NCBI GenBank assembly: GCA_963822445.1
Contig: CAWGHO010000001.1
Location: 1,195,967 to 1,259,966, forward strand
From: an uncultured Acidobacteriota bacterium
Lineage (GTDB): Bacteria > Acidobacteriota > Thermoanaerobaculia > Gp7-AA8
Direction: 5' to 3'
DNA length: 64,000 nucleotides
The notes beneath the pieces were generated by a model. That model saw nothing but the letters and a program-made list of their open reading frames with translations, had not been told where the DNA came from and made no database searches. Below are positions 41,140 to 51,064 of this stretch, piece by piece. The stretch's first letter is position 1, and each line of letters begins with the position of its first letter. The translations under genes and the position numbers were made by a program.

Positions 41140-44049
41140 ATGTCCGCTCCGCTCTCGCGCAGGCTCTATCGCGCGGCTTTGCCGTGGGTGGCGATTGCCG
41201 TGCTCATGAGCACGGTCAGTGTCTTCGCCGCGGAGCGCGGCTTCCCCCTGATCACCGTCTATCCCGCCGAGATGCACAAGGCCGGGCCGCAGACCTTCGA
41301 CATCGCCCAGGATCCCGAGGGCGTCCTCTATTTCGGCAACCTGCACGGTCTCGTGATTTACGACGGCGCCTGGTGGCGGCTGCTCGAATTGCCGGACGAT
41401 CAGGTCGCGCTCTCGCTGGCCACCGACGACAAAGGCCGCCTGGCCATGGGCCTGGTCAACGACCTCGGATATCTCGCCCGCGACGCCAGCGGCTCCCCCA
41501 TCTATCGCTCGCTGCTCGAGCAACTTCCCGGCGATCAGCGCGAGCTCGGCGACGTCCGCGACGTCTGCACCACGGCGGCCGGCTTTCTGTACGTCGCCGA
41601 GCGCAGTCTGATCCTGTGGGACGGCGCGAAAGCATCGGTGGCCGCGACGTTCGAAGGCGACTCCGCACCGCGCGGCTGCTCGTCCGAAGGCGGCAACGTT
41701 CTCCTCCGCGGACCGAAAGGCATTCATCGTTTCGATCCGCGGGCGCGCAAGGTCACGCCGACCGCCGTCACCGATCCCGTGGAGCTGATTCTTCCCCGCG
41801 CTGATGGAAAGCTCGTCGCCGTCGTGCGCGACAAAGGCGTCTTTCTCATCGACGGCGACACGGTCACTCCCTGGTCGCCGGCCGCAACGGCCTGGCTGAA
41901 GGGCGACGTCGCCAGCGGCGGCGCACGCCTGCACGACGGACGGCTGGTCATCACCTCCCGCCAGCACGGCCTGGCGATCCTCGACGCGAACGGCGAGATC
42001 GAACAGATCCTGCGCGACACTGCCGGTTTGCCGGACTCGGTCATCACCGAGGCGCTGGTCGACCGGGAGGGGTCGCTGTGGGTGGCCATGGAAGGCCCGA
42101 TCGTCCGCGTCGACGTCAGCTCGCCGGTCTCGGTGTTCGATGCGCGCCGCGGCATGAAGGGCGGCGCGATCGACGTGACCCGCTTCAACGGCCGTCTGTA
42201 CGCCACGACGTCGTACGGACTGCACGCGATCGACGCCGACGGCCACGCCCGCGTCATCAAAGGCATCAGAGGAGCGACCTGGCGTCTGCTGCCGTTCGAT
42301 GACGAGTTGCTCATCGCGAACACCAAAGGCATCTGGATCATGCGTGCCGACGAGAATCCGAAGCTGATCGTCGAGCGCGATGGCGAGCTCTCCGACTTTT
42401 ACCGCTCCCGCGTCGATCCGTCGCGGGTCTGGCTCGCCGAGCGGCACGGCATCTCCGCGCTTCGCCGCACCGCCGCGGGCTGGCAGTACGAGCCGGTGAT
42501 GAAGGGCATGCCCCAGTACCTGTCGTCCGTGCTCGAGCACGAGGGTGTGCTCTGGTGCGGCTCGGTATTCAACGGAATCGTCCGCGTGGATGACCCGCGC
42601 GGACCCAAGCAGCGCGTGCAGCAGTTCGGCGACGGGGAAATGAATGTGTTCATCGCCGGCGGCCGGCCGGTGTTCGTCCGCGCGCGCGGCGAGATCGTCG
42701 CCATCGGCAACGGCGGCAAGCTCGTCCCCGATCCCATCCTCGGCCGCATCACCGCCCCGCGCGGATTCTTCGTGCTCGCCGAAGATGCCCGCGGCAATCT
42801 GTGGATCAACTCCACACCGCCGCGCGTGATCGAGCGGACCGCTAACGGGTATGCCGAGGATGGCAAGCCGCTGGTCTCGGTGACGGCGGCGGACATCCAG
42901 ACGATCCGCGCCCATGCCGACGGCGTGGTCTGGTTCGCGTCGGACAAAGGCCTTTTCCGCTACGACCCTGCCGCCGCGAAGACTGCCGTGGCCGCGCAAC
43001 CCGCGCCGATGATCCGCCGCGTCGTGGCCGGTGAAAACCGCCTGCTCTTCGGCGGCGTCGGAACGGGCGGCGACATCGAGCTTCCCCACAACTTCGGACG
43101 CATGCGCCTCGAGTTCGCGCCGGTTTCCTATCGTCCCGGCGTCGAATACCAGTACCGCCTCGATCCGATCGACGAGGACTGGAGCGAATGGACCGCGCAG
43201 CCGTTCATCGACTACACCACCCTCGCCGCGAACAAATACGTCTTCCGTCTTCGCGCTCGCGGCGCGGGCAACGCGGCGAGCAAGGAAGAGCAGTGGTCGT
43301 TCTCCGTGCGCGCGCCCTGGTACAGCACCGGATGGGCGAAGGCGCTCTGGACGATTCTGGCGATGGCGCTGATCGCGCTGATCACCTGGATGCGCACCGG
43401 GACTCTGCGCCGGCAGGCGGAAACGCTTCGCGCGCGCGTCGCGGAAAAGACGGCGGAGTTGCAGCAGACCGTGAAGCTGCTCGAGCAGGCCAACACGCAG
43501 CTCGAGGCGCTTTCGCTCGAGGATGATCTGACCGGCATCGCCAACCGGCGGTCGTTCGAGCGGGCGCTTTCCGAGGAGTGGAATCGCGCGAAGCGGCACG
43601 AGCATTCGCTCGCGCTGATTCTGTTGGATCTCGATTACTTCAAAGACCTCAACGATCGCCGCGGACATCCTGCCGGCGACGACTGTCTGCGCCGCGTCGG
43701 TGCCTTTCTCGCCGAAACGATCCGCCGCAGCGGCGAAGTCGTCGCGCGTTACGGCGGCGAGGAGTTCGCGATTCTTCTGCCCGGCGTCGATGCCGAAGGG
43801 GCGATTCGCGTCGCTGAGGTATTGCGGGCGGGAATCGAGAACCTGGGCGTGCCGTACGGACAAGGCCATCGCCGCGTGACTGCGAGTTGCGGGGTCGCCG
43901 CGCTCGTGCCCGTGCAGGAGCTGACCGCGGAGAGTCTCGTCGCCAGCGCCGATCGTGCGCTGTATGCCGCGAAGCACAGCGGGCGCAATTGCGTCCGCGT
44001 CGCCGATGAGACGACCACCGGTACCTGGTTACGTGATGTGAGTGCATGA
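41140..44049 (+). CDS. Diguanylate cyclase (GGDEF) with a periplasmic Reg_prop beta-propeller plus Y_Y_Y sensor and one TM helix
   Basis: Signal peptide MSAPLSRRLYRAALPWVAIAVLMSTVSVFAA. Propeller repeats. TM ALWTILAMALIALITWM. GGDEF core RYGGEEFAILLPG. Confidence 0.85.
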   Translation: MSAPLSRRLYRAALPWVAIAVLMSTVSVFAAERGFPLITVYPAEMHKAGPQTFDIAQDPEGVLYFGNLHGLVIYDGAWWRLLELPDDQVALSLATDDKGRLAMGLVNDLGYLARDASGSPIYRSLLEQLPGDQRELGDVRDVCTTAAGFLYVAERSLILWDGAKASVAATFEGDSAPRGCSSEGGNVLLRGPKGIHRFDPRARKVTPTAVTDPVELILPRADGKLVAVVRDKGVFLIDGDTVTPWSPAATAWLKGDVASGGARLHDGRLVITSRQHGLAILDANGEIEQILRDTAGLPDSVITEALVDREGSLWVAMEGPIVRVDVSSPVSVFDARRGMKGGAIDVTRFNGRLYATTSYGLHAIDADGHARVIKGIRGATWRLLPFDDELLIANTKGIWIMRADENPKLIVERDGELSDFYRSRVDPSRVWLAERHGISALRRTAAGWQYEPVMKGMPQYLSSVLEHEGVLWCGSVFNGIVRVDDPRGPKQRVQQFGDGEMNVFIAGGRPVFVRARGEIVAIGNGGKLVPDPILGRITAPRGFFVLAEDARGNLWINSTPPRVIERTANGYAEDGKPLVSVTAADIQTIRAHADGVVWFASDKGLFRYDPAAAKTAVAAQPAPMIRRVVAGENRLLFGGVGTGGDIELPHNFGRMRLEFAPVSYRPGVEYQYRLDPIDEDWSEWTAQPFIDYTTLAANKYVFRLRARGAGNAASKEEQWSFSVRAPWYSTGWAKALWTILAMALIALITWMRTGTLRRQAETLRARVAEKTAELQQTVKLLEQANTQLEALSLEDDLTGIANRRSFERALSEEWNRAKRHEHSLALILLDLDYFKDLNDRRGHPAGDDCLRRVGAFLAETIRRSGEVVARYGGEEFAILLPGVDAEGAIRVAEVLRAGIENLGVPYGQGHRRVTASCGVAALVPVQELTAESLVASADRALYAAKHSGRNCVRVADETTTGTWLRDVSA

Positions 44050-46826
44050 ACGCGAAGACCACTCCCCGTCCGCCGACCACGATGTCCGAGCAGGCCGCGG
44101 CGCTGCACGCGAGCCGCGAGGCTTACCGCGTTCTTTTCACCCACGCGCCGATCGGCCTCTATCGTACGGACAGAGCGGGTGAAGTCATCCTCGCGAATCC
44201 CGCGCTGCTGCGGATGCTCGGTTACGAGTCGTTCGAACAGCTCGCCGCGGCCGACGTGGCCCGCGACGGCTTGCGCGCGGACCGCGATCGCAAGACGTTT
44301 CGCGATCTCCTGGCCCGCGGCGGCGTGAAGGACCTCGAATCGCACTGGTGGACCAACGACGGCGACACGGTCCTCCTCTGCGAGACCGCCAATCCCGTGC
44401 TCGGCGAGAAGGGCGAAGTGCTCTGCTACGAAGGCATCGTCAGCGACGTCAGCGAGCGCAACGCCCTGCGCGAGAACCGCGAGCGTTACGAGCACATCAT
44501 CGAGAACGCGAACGACATCATCTACCGCGCCGACTATCGCGGCCGTTTCACGTACGTGAATCCCGCCGCGGAGCGCATCACCGGCTTCGACGAGAACGAG
44601 CTGATCGGGCGGCACTTCCTCGACCTGATCGACATCGAGTACCGCGACGTCGCCGACTACTTCTACCGCAGCCAGTTCAACTCCCGCGAGCTGAGCACCT
44701 ACTTCGAGTTTCCGATGATCACCAAATCGGGGACGCGGATCTGGATCGGACAGAACGTTCTCACTCTGCTCGACGGCGACCGCGTAACCGGCTTCGAGGC
44801 CGTGGCCCGCGACATCACCGCCGGCAAGCATATGGAACAGGAGCTGTCCCAGGCGCGGGACGCGGCCATCGAGTCGGCGCGCGCCAAGACGGAGTTCCTG
44901 GCGAACGTCAGCCACGAGATCCGCACGCCCCTCAACGGCGTCCTGGGCATGACCAACCTCCTCCTGGGCACCTCGATCACGCCCGAGCAGCGCGAATATG
45001 CCGAGGCCATTCGCTCGAGCGGACAGTCCCTGCTTTCGGTCGTCAACGACGTGCTCGATCTCGCACGCGTCGAGTCCGGCAAGCTGACCATCGAAAACCT
45101 CGACTTCGATCTCGACGATCTGATCGAGACCGTGACCGACGTCTTCGCCGCGCGCGCCGCGGCGAAGCGATTGAAGTTCCGCACGCACATCGCCTCCGAC
45201 GTTCCGCGATTCCTGCGCGGCGATTCGTATCGCATCAATCAGGTCCTTCTGAATCTGGTCGGCAACGCGATCAAGTTCACCGATCGCGGCGAGGTCGTGC
45301 TGACGGTCATGCAGGCCGGACGAAAGGATTCCTTCGCCAGCCTCCGGTTCCTCGTCACGGACACCGGCATCGGGATCGACGCGAATGCGCAGCGGCGGAT
45401 CTTCACGCCGTTCACCCAGGCCGACGGCACGACGTCACGCAAGTACGGCGGAAGCGGACTGGGACTCGCGGTCGCGAAACAGCTCACCGAGGCGATGAAC
45501 GGCGAGATCGGGGTGATGAGCGTGGCCGGCGAAGGATCGACCTTCTGGTTCGAGCTGCCGCTCATCATGCAGGACACGCCCGGCGAGCGCGCCGCGGCGC
45601 GATGGGACCTTCACGACAAACGGGCCCTGCTCGTCGACGGCAACGACGCGCAGCGGCTCATGGTGGCGCGGCATCTCAGCCCGACGGCGATCACCATCGA
45701 CGAGGCCATGAGCGCCGGCGACGCGATCGCCGCCGCGTATCGCCGCAGGTACGACGTGATCATCTTCGACATGCAGTTGCCGGATGACGACGGCATGTCG
45801 CTAGCCCGCTCGATCCGCGCCGATCCCGCGCTGGCAACCACGCGGCTCGTGCTGTTGACCTCGTTCGGCCGCCGCCGCGCGGACGTCATCGCCTTCGAGA
45901 CCGCCGGCATCGATCGGTTTCTCATGAAGCCCATCCGCCGCACGCAATTGTGTGAGACCGTTGCGCGCTTGATCGCCGGAGACGACCAGACCCCGCAAAT
46001 CCGACACACGACCGTCGAGAGCGCGCCGCCGAAATCAGCGCGCGTGCTTCTCGTCGAAGACAACAGCGTCAACCAGCTCGTGGCCCTGGGCCAGCTCCGC
46101 AAGCTCGGACACGAATGCGTCATCGCAGCGAGCGGCGCCGAAGCGCTGGCCGCCCTCCCCGACGGCCATTTCGACGTCGTGCTCATGGACTGCTCGATGC
46201 CGGACATGGACGGCTACGAGACCACGCGCCGCATGCGTCAGCTCGATTCGGTCGTGCGCGCCGTTCCCATCATCGCCATCACCGCCCACGCCCTCCCCGG
46301 CGAGCGCGAGAAGTGTCTCGCTTCGGGCATGAACGACTATCTGGCCAAGCCGGTTTCGACCGAACAGCTCGGCGCGATGATCAAGCTCTGGACAAGCAAG
46401 GATTCTGCAGCGACAGTCGAAACGCCGGACCTGGTGATGGAAGAGGATGATCACTTCGTGCTCGATCGCGAACGGGTGAGCTCGTTCATGACCATCGGCC
46501 GCACGCAGGAGGGGTTCCTCGAAGGTCTCGTGCGGACGTTCAAGCAGGACGTGCCGTCCCGTCTCGATGCATTGCGCGCCGCGGCCGCGACGGCAGACAC
46601 GCACGACCTCGCGCTCGCCGCGCACGCGCTGAAGAGCTCGTGCGGAACTGTAGGCGCGCGGCGGATGTACGCGGTGGCAGCGACTTTGGAACAGAAAGTT
46701 CGGGCCGGAAGGCTCGAAGGCGTGAACGCATCGATCGAGCAACTGGCCGCCGAATTTCCGCGCGTGCTCGAGGCGTATACCGGCATTATCCGACGCAGCG
46801 GCCAGCATCGCGCTGCGGGCTATTGA
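44046..46826 (+). CDS. Hybrid sensor kinase: PAS x2-3, HisKA, HATPase_c, REC, REC, Hpt
   Basis: H-box LANVSHEIRTPLNGV, G-box GSGLGLAVAKQLTEAMNGEIGV. REC RVLLVEDNSVNQLV…DVVLMDCSMPDMDGYE. Hpt HALKSSCGTVGA. ATGA overlap with the GGDEF gene. Confidence 0.85.
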   Translation: MNAKTTPRPPTTMSEQAAALHASREAYRVLFTHAPIGLYRTDRAGEVILANPALLRMLGYESFEQLAAADVARDGLRADRDRKTFRDLLARGGVKDLESHWWTNDGDTVLLCETANPVLGEKGEVLCYEGIVSDVSERNALRENRERYEHIIENANDIIYRADYRGRFTYVNPAAERITGFDENELIGRHFLDLIDIEYRDVADYFYRSQFNSRELSTYFEFPMITKSGTRIWIGQNVLTLLDGDRVTGFEAVARDITAGKHMEQELSQARDAAIESARAKTEFLANVSHEIRTPLNGVLGMTNLLLGTSITPEQREYAEAIRSSGQSLLSVVNDVLDLARVESGKLTIENLDFDLDDLIETVTDVFAARAAAKRLKFRTHIASDVPRFLRGDSYRINQVLLNLVGNAIKFTDRGEVVLTVMQAGRKDSFASLRFLVTDTGIGIDANAQRRIFTPFTQADGTTSRKYGGSGLGLAVAKQLTEAMNGEIGVMSVAGEGSTFWFELPLIMQDTPGERAAARWDLHDKRALLVDGNDAQRLMVARHLSPTAITIDEAMSAGDAIAAAYRRRYDVIIFDMQLPDDDGMSLARSIRADPALATTRLVLLTSFGRRRADVIAFETAGIDRFLMKPIRRTQLCETVARLIAGDDQTPQIRHTTVESAPPKSARVLLVEDNSVNQLVALGQLRKLGHECVIAASGAEALAALPDGHFDVVLMDCSMPDMDGYETTRRMRQLDSVVRAVPIIAITAHALPGEREKCLASGMNDYLAKPVSTEQLGAMIKLWTSKDSAATVETPDLVMEEDDHFVLDRERVSSFMTIGRTQEGFLEGLVRTFKQDVPSRLDALRAAAATADTHDLALAAHALKSSCGTVGARRMYAVAATLEQKVRAGRLEGVNASIEQLAAEFPRVLEAYTGIIRRSGQHRAAGY

Positions 46827-46846
46827 GTTACCCTGACCGGCCATTT

Positions 46847-48208
46847 ATGGAACAGCTAGGCATCTACAAATTGATCAGCCGCCTCGGCGCCGGAGGCATG
46901 GGCGAGGTGTGGCGCGCGGAAGACACGCGGCTGCTGCGGCAGGTTGCGGTGAAGATCCTTCCCGATGCGCTGGCGGCCGATCCGGAGTGGAAAGAACGGT
47001 TCATGCGCGAGGCCCGGACCATCGCGCAGCTCAACCACCCGAACATCGCCACGATCTACAGCATCGAGGAGTACGGCGACACGCTCTTCATCGCCATGGA
47101 GCTGGTCGAGGGCGAGCCGCTTTCGAACCTGATCGCGAATGGGCCGTTGATCCCCGCGGACGCGGTGCGGGTGGCCACCCACGTTTCCGACGCGCTTTCC
47201 GAGGCGCATCACAAAGGCATCGTTCACCGCGACATCAAGCCGGACAACATCCTGGTCTCGACCCGTTTCATCAAGGTCCTCGACTTCGGCATCGCCAAGC
47301 ACATCGGAGGGACTTCGGACGCGAATCTGACCCAAGGCGGGATGGTGGTCGGCACGCCGCACTACATGGCCCCCGAGCAGGCCCTCGGCCGCGCCGTCGA
47401 CACCCGCACGGACATCTTCTCCCTCGGCGTCGTGCTGTACGAGATGCTGTCCGGTCAGAAGCCCTTCACCGGCGACGCCGTCACCGCGATCCTGCTGCAG
47501 ATCGTGATGACCGAGCCGACGGACATCGCCATCGCCGCTGCGGGGATCAGCCCCGCGCTGGCGAGCATCGTCCGCCGCTGCATGAGCAAGCAGCCGGACA
47601 ATCGCTTCCAGGATTGCGACGAGCTGCGCAAGGCGCTCACGAGTGCGCTGCGCGATGAGCGTGGGTCGGCGCGGCAGTCCCAGGTGCCGACGATCTCCGT
47701 TCCCAAGGCCGTGAAGCCGGACGCTGCACCGACGATCGCTCAGGTTCCGCCGGCGGTGGTGCGCAAGGCGACCGAGCCCGGGCGCACGCCGCAGCCGGAG
47801 CCGATTCGCCCGATGGCGACGGCGCCGAAACCACCATCCGCCGCGAATGCGTCAGGCAAGCGTGCGCTGGTCGCGGATGACGATCCGGCGACGCGCTATC
47901 TCCTGAACAGCGTGCTGGCGCGGTACGAGATCGCCGTCGACGAGGCCGAGAACGGCGCGGACGCGGTGAAGTACCTCAAGCAGAACGAGTACACGCTGGT
48001 GTTCCTCGATCTGCTCATGCCGCGCGTCGATGGCTGGGGTGTGATCGACTTCCTGCGCTCCCGTCGCGGCGGCCGTGCGCCGCAGCTGTACGTCGTGACC
48101 GGTGTGCACAATCAGAAGCTGAGCGCCGCCGATCAGGATGTGGTGTCGGGGCTGTTGTACAAGCCGATCGATCTCACTCAGGTGGAGCGTCTGGTTCAGG
48201 CGGTTTAG
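46847..48208 (+). CDS. Ser/Thr protein kinase fused to a C-terminal response-regulator receiver domain
   Basis: Kinase motifs GAGGMGEVWRAED, VAVKIL, HRDIKPDNILV, DFGIAKH. Receiver KRALVADDDPATRYLL…LVFLDLLMPRVDGWG…LYKP. Confidence 0.8.
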   Translation: MEQLGIYKLISRLGAGGMGEVWRAEDTRLLRQVAVKILPDALAADPEWKERFMREARTIAQLNHPNIATIYSIEEYGDTLFIAMELVEGEPLSNLIANGPLIPADAVRVATHVSDALSEAHHKGIVHRDIKPDNILVSTRFIKVLDFGIAKHIGGTSDANLTQGGMVVGTPHYMAPEQALGRAVDTRTDIFSLGVVLYEMLSGQKPFTGDAVTAILLQIVMTEPTDIAIAAAGISPALASIVRRCMSKQPDNRFQDCDELRKALTSALRDERGSARQSQVPTISVPKAVKPDAAPTIAQVPPAVVRKATEPGRTPQPEPIRPMATAPKPPSAANASGKRALVADDDPATRYLLNSVLARYEIAVDEAENGADAVKYLKQNEYTLVFLDLLMPRVDGWGVIDFLRSRRGGRAPQLYVVTGVHNQKLSAADQDVVSGLLYKPIDLTQVERLVQAV

Positions 48209-48524
48209 GTTCCTTCGCCTTCTCTCTGACCGCCTTGAATGCCGCCTCGATCTCGTGCCACGCGCGCTCGAAACCGGTTCTGATCTCCGCCGCGACCGGC
48301 GCGCCGTTTTTCTGCAGCCCGACGACGATGTCCTTGGCCCGCACGAGCGTGTGCCGCAACGTGCCGGTGATCTCGGAAAGATCGCCGCGCGCCGACTCGA
48401 GCGATTCCTTCGCACGCTCCTCGAACCTGTCGACGTCGATCCCCCAGTCGCGAAGGGAGTCGGTGACTGATTTCTTGTCTTTGTCTTCCTGGTCGGACAT
48501 GCGAGTTAGGGTATCAGAGGCCAC
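48174..48524 (-). CDS. Small acidic, coiled-coil hypothetical protein (~109-116 aa)
   Basis: Intact ORF 12 bp downstream of the next minus-strand gene; non-repetitive composition. Confidence 0.4.
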   Translation of the reverse strand: MASDTLTRMSDQEDKDKKSVTDSLRDWGIDVDRFEERAKESLESARGDLSEITGTLRHTLVRAKDIVVGLQKNGAPVAAEIRTGFERAWHEIEAAFKAVREKAKEPKPPEPDAPPE

Positions 48525-48535
48525 GAACTGCAGCG

Positions 48536-49687
48536 CTAGAGCACGTCTTCCACTTTGTAGTAGAGGTAGTAGTCGGCGCCGTCGCTGCAGAACCGGACAC
48601 GACTCTCGCTCGTGGCCACGACCGGAATCGTGCGCTCGCCGAGCTTGTCGTGCTGATCCGGAAAGTGCCCGAGATCCTCATCCCACAACGTCACGATGAG
48701 CGGCATGGTGAATGGCATGAGCTCCCAATTGATCTGCCAGACATCGCCGTCGTTCATGTCCTTCCTGTTCGGCACCATGATGTTGGGCCCGCCGGCAACG
48801 ACCTTGACGTCGAGACGGCACTCGTCATCGCCGAGCCAGTCCTCGGTCGCGCAGCACACCAGACGCAACAACGTCACCTTGAACACGCGCGGCCTGTCGG
48901 TGAGCACCAGGATCGGATCCGCCGTTGGCGCACATGCCGACTTGGTTCCGTCGCGCAAGACACGCACGCGATACGGACCTGCGAACGGCGCCGTCGCGGG
49001 CAGCGCAACCACAACCTCGGCCTCACCCCAACTGCTGACAGTCAGGTTCTCTGTCTGGTTTCCCTGGCCAGTGAGCGTGACGGTGCCGGTGGCGCTGCCA
49101 AACCCGTTTGGCGAGAGGACGGTCCGAAGGGCGATGTCATCACCCCAGAATGCGACGGTGGGCGTCACCGTGAAGAGCGGACAACTTGGGTTGGTGACGT
49201 CGAAGATCGAGATCGCGCGCGGCGGGCAGGTCTCGTTCGGCGCCTGGATCCAGTACGGCGGGCCGCCTGCGAGCGGAGCGGCCGGCAGCGTGATGCGGAC
49301 GCTGGTCAGCGTCCACGACGTCACCGTTGCCTCGACCCTTGTCACCGGCGCCATCGCATTCGGGCCGGCCAGCAGCCAGACACTGCCAGGCAGCCCGAAA
49401 TTCGGCAAGCCGACGACGTCGAGCGTCACGGCGTCACCCCAGTGCGGGGCCAGCGGACTGACCGTGTAAATCGGGCAGAGCTCACCGCCGAGCTCCAGCA
49501 AATCCATCACGCCGGCGAACGCATCTCGATGCCGGCGCCAGTTCGGAATCACCGTGGCGAGCGTCTTGAGATCTCGATTCGCCCGCTCCAACGCTTTCGA
49601 CTGCTTCGACTTCGACTGCTTCGACCGCTTCGGCGCTGACTTTTTGGATGGTTTCCTGGTGGCTTTCATTTCTGGCCCGCCCTTCAT
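48536..49687 (-). CDS. Hypothetical protein with a Lys/Ser-rich basic N-terminal tail and two IPT-like repeats
   Basis: KATRKPSKKSAPKRSKQSKSKQSK tail. Repeats CP(I/L)(Y/F)TV(S/T)P…WGD…. Confidence 0.5.
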   Translation of the reverse strand: MKGGPEMKATRKPSKKSAPKRSKQSKSKQSKALERANRDLKTLATVIPNWRRHRDAFAGVMDLLELGGELCPIYTVSPLAPHWGDAVTLDVVGLPNFGLPGSVWLLAGPNAMAPVTRVEATVTSWTLTSVRITLPAAPLAGGPPYWIQAPNETCPPRAISIFDVTNPSCPLFTVTPTVAFWGDDIALRTVLSPNGFGSATGTVTLTGQGNQTENLTVSSWGEAEVVVALPATAPFAGPYRVRVLRDGTKSACAPTADPILVLTDRPRVFKVTLLRLVCCATEDWLGDDECRLDVKVVAGGPNIMVPNRKDMNDGDVWQINWELMPFTMPLIVTLWDEDLGHFPDQHDKLGERTIPVVATSESRVRFCSDGADYYLYYKVEDVL

Positions 49688-49797
49688 TTAAAGGAGTGCC
49701 TCGAACGGCTTTTTCCACACCCATCCGGAGATCAGTCCAAGCGTCTCGACCGAAAGAGGCCGCGCTTGAAGTAGGCTTTTGAACACAGGAGAACGCC

Positions 49798-50289
49798 ATG
49801 AACATCACTGAGGTATTGCTCGCCCAACTGGAACGGGAGATTGGCGCAACGCGCAAGGGCCTGGAGCGCGTGCCGGAGGGGAAGCCTGATTGGAAACCGC
49901 ATCCGAAATCGATGCCGCTGGGGTACCTCTCGGCGCTCATCGCAACCATGTTCGGGTGGATCGAGATGATGGTCCAGAGCGACTACCTCGATCTCGCCAG
50001 CGGGAGCAGACCATCGGCAAACACGGGTCCCGAGCGTCTGGCCCTCTTCGACAAATCTGTCGAGCAGGCGCGCCGCGCGCTGACGAACACCACGGACGAT
50101 CACCTCATGAAGCCATGGCAACTCCGGGTCGGAGGGAAGGTCGTGGACGAGAAGCCACGGCACGTCATGATCGCCGATACGTTCTCGCACCTGGCCCATC
50201 ACCGCGGACAGCTGACGGTTTATCTCCGGCTCAACGAGCAGAAGGTTCCTTCGATCTACGGACCGACGGCGGATGAGGGGTGGCAGTAG
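49798..50289 (+). CDS. DinB/YfiT-like (DinB_2) metal-dependent hydrolase-fold protein
   Basis: 163 aa with a four-helix-bundle His triad including HLAHHRGQL. Confidence 0.65.
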   Translation: MNITEVLLAQLEREIGATRKGLERVPEGKPDWKPHPKSMPLGYLSALIATMFGWIEMMVQSDYLDLASGSRPSANTGPERLALFDKSVEQARRALTNTTDDHLMKPWQLRVGGKVVDEKPRHVMIADTFSHLAHHRGQLTVYLRLNEQKVPSIYGPTADEGWQ

Positions 50290-50311
50290 ACGTGCCTGAC
50301 GCGACCCACTT

Positions 50312-51064
50312 TCACGGTTTGACGCAGACCCGTCCCGTGTAATCGATCCGGTGCAGCAACGGCCGCGGGCGCAGCCGGTCCAGATACTCGTCCGTCGCTT
50401 TCCGCGCCCCACGCCAGTAACCGTAATCGTCGACGATCAGCACGCCGCCGCGAACGAGGTGCGGGTAGAGATGCTCGAGCTCGTGCCGCGTCGAGGCGTA
50501 CCAGTCCGTGTCGAGGCGAAGCAGCGCGAGCGCGTCGGGCGCGGATTCCGGCAACGTCGTCATGACGTCCCCTTCCACGAAGCGGAAGCGCTCGAAGGGA
50601 TAGCCGGTCCGGCGGAGATTCGCCGCCACCGCGGCCCGCGACGCAATGCCCCAGAACGGATCGTCAGCACTGCGCGGGTGCTGCTCCAGAATTTCGGCAG
50701 CGGTGCGTCCGCTCATCTCCTGCACGTCCTCGGCGGTCGGCGCGGTCATGCCGCCGAAGGTGTCGTAGAGCCAGAGATTGCGCGTCGTATCGCCGTGGCG
50801 CAGCAGCGTCAGCGCCATCAGCATCAGCGATCCGCCGCGCCACACACCGCATTCGGCGAAATCGCCCGCGAGCCCGTTCTCCGCGACATAGCGCGTCGCC
50901 GACCAGAGCGCGTACATCCGCTCCAGCGAGGTCATGGTGTGCTCGCGGCAGAGCTCGTAAAGCTCGAGGAACTCCGGCTCGAGATCGAACTGGTGGCTCA
51001 CGCGCCGATGATCGTCCGCGGGCCCATTTGTGCGACCTCGGAGCGCGGACTGATGAGGAGCCAT
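50312..51064 (-). CDS. TylF/MycF-family (macrocin-type) SAM-dependent O-methyltransferase
   Basis: DLEPEFLELYELCREHTMTSLERMYALWSATRYV…GDFAECGVWRGGS…LYDTFGGM…DTDWY are characteristic TylF-family blocks. Confidence 0.75.
   Translation of the reverse strand: MAPHQSALRGRTNGPADDHRRVSHQFDLEPEFLELYELCREHTMTSLERMYALWSATRYVAENGLAGDFAECGVWRGGSLMLMALTLLRHGDTTRNLWLYDTFGGMTAPTAEDVQEMSGRTAAEILEQHPRSADDPFWGIASRAAVAANLRRTGYPFERFRFVEGDVMTTLPESAPDALALLRLDTDWYASTRHELEHLYPHLVRGGVLIVDDYGYWRGARKATDEYLDRLRPRPLLHRIDYTGRVCVKP

Noticed and set aside
40351-44049. Single 1232-aa ORF
   Set aside because: A read-through artefact: frameshifted msrP runs into the frame of the independent GGDEF gene that starts at 41140 with its own signal peptide.
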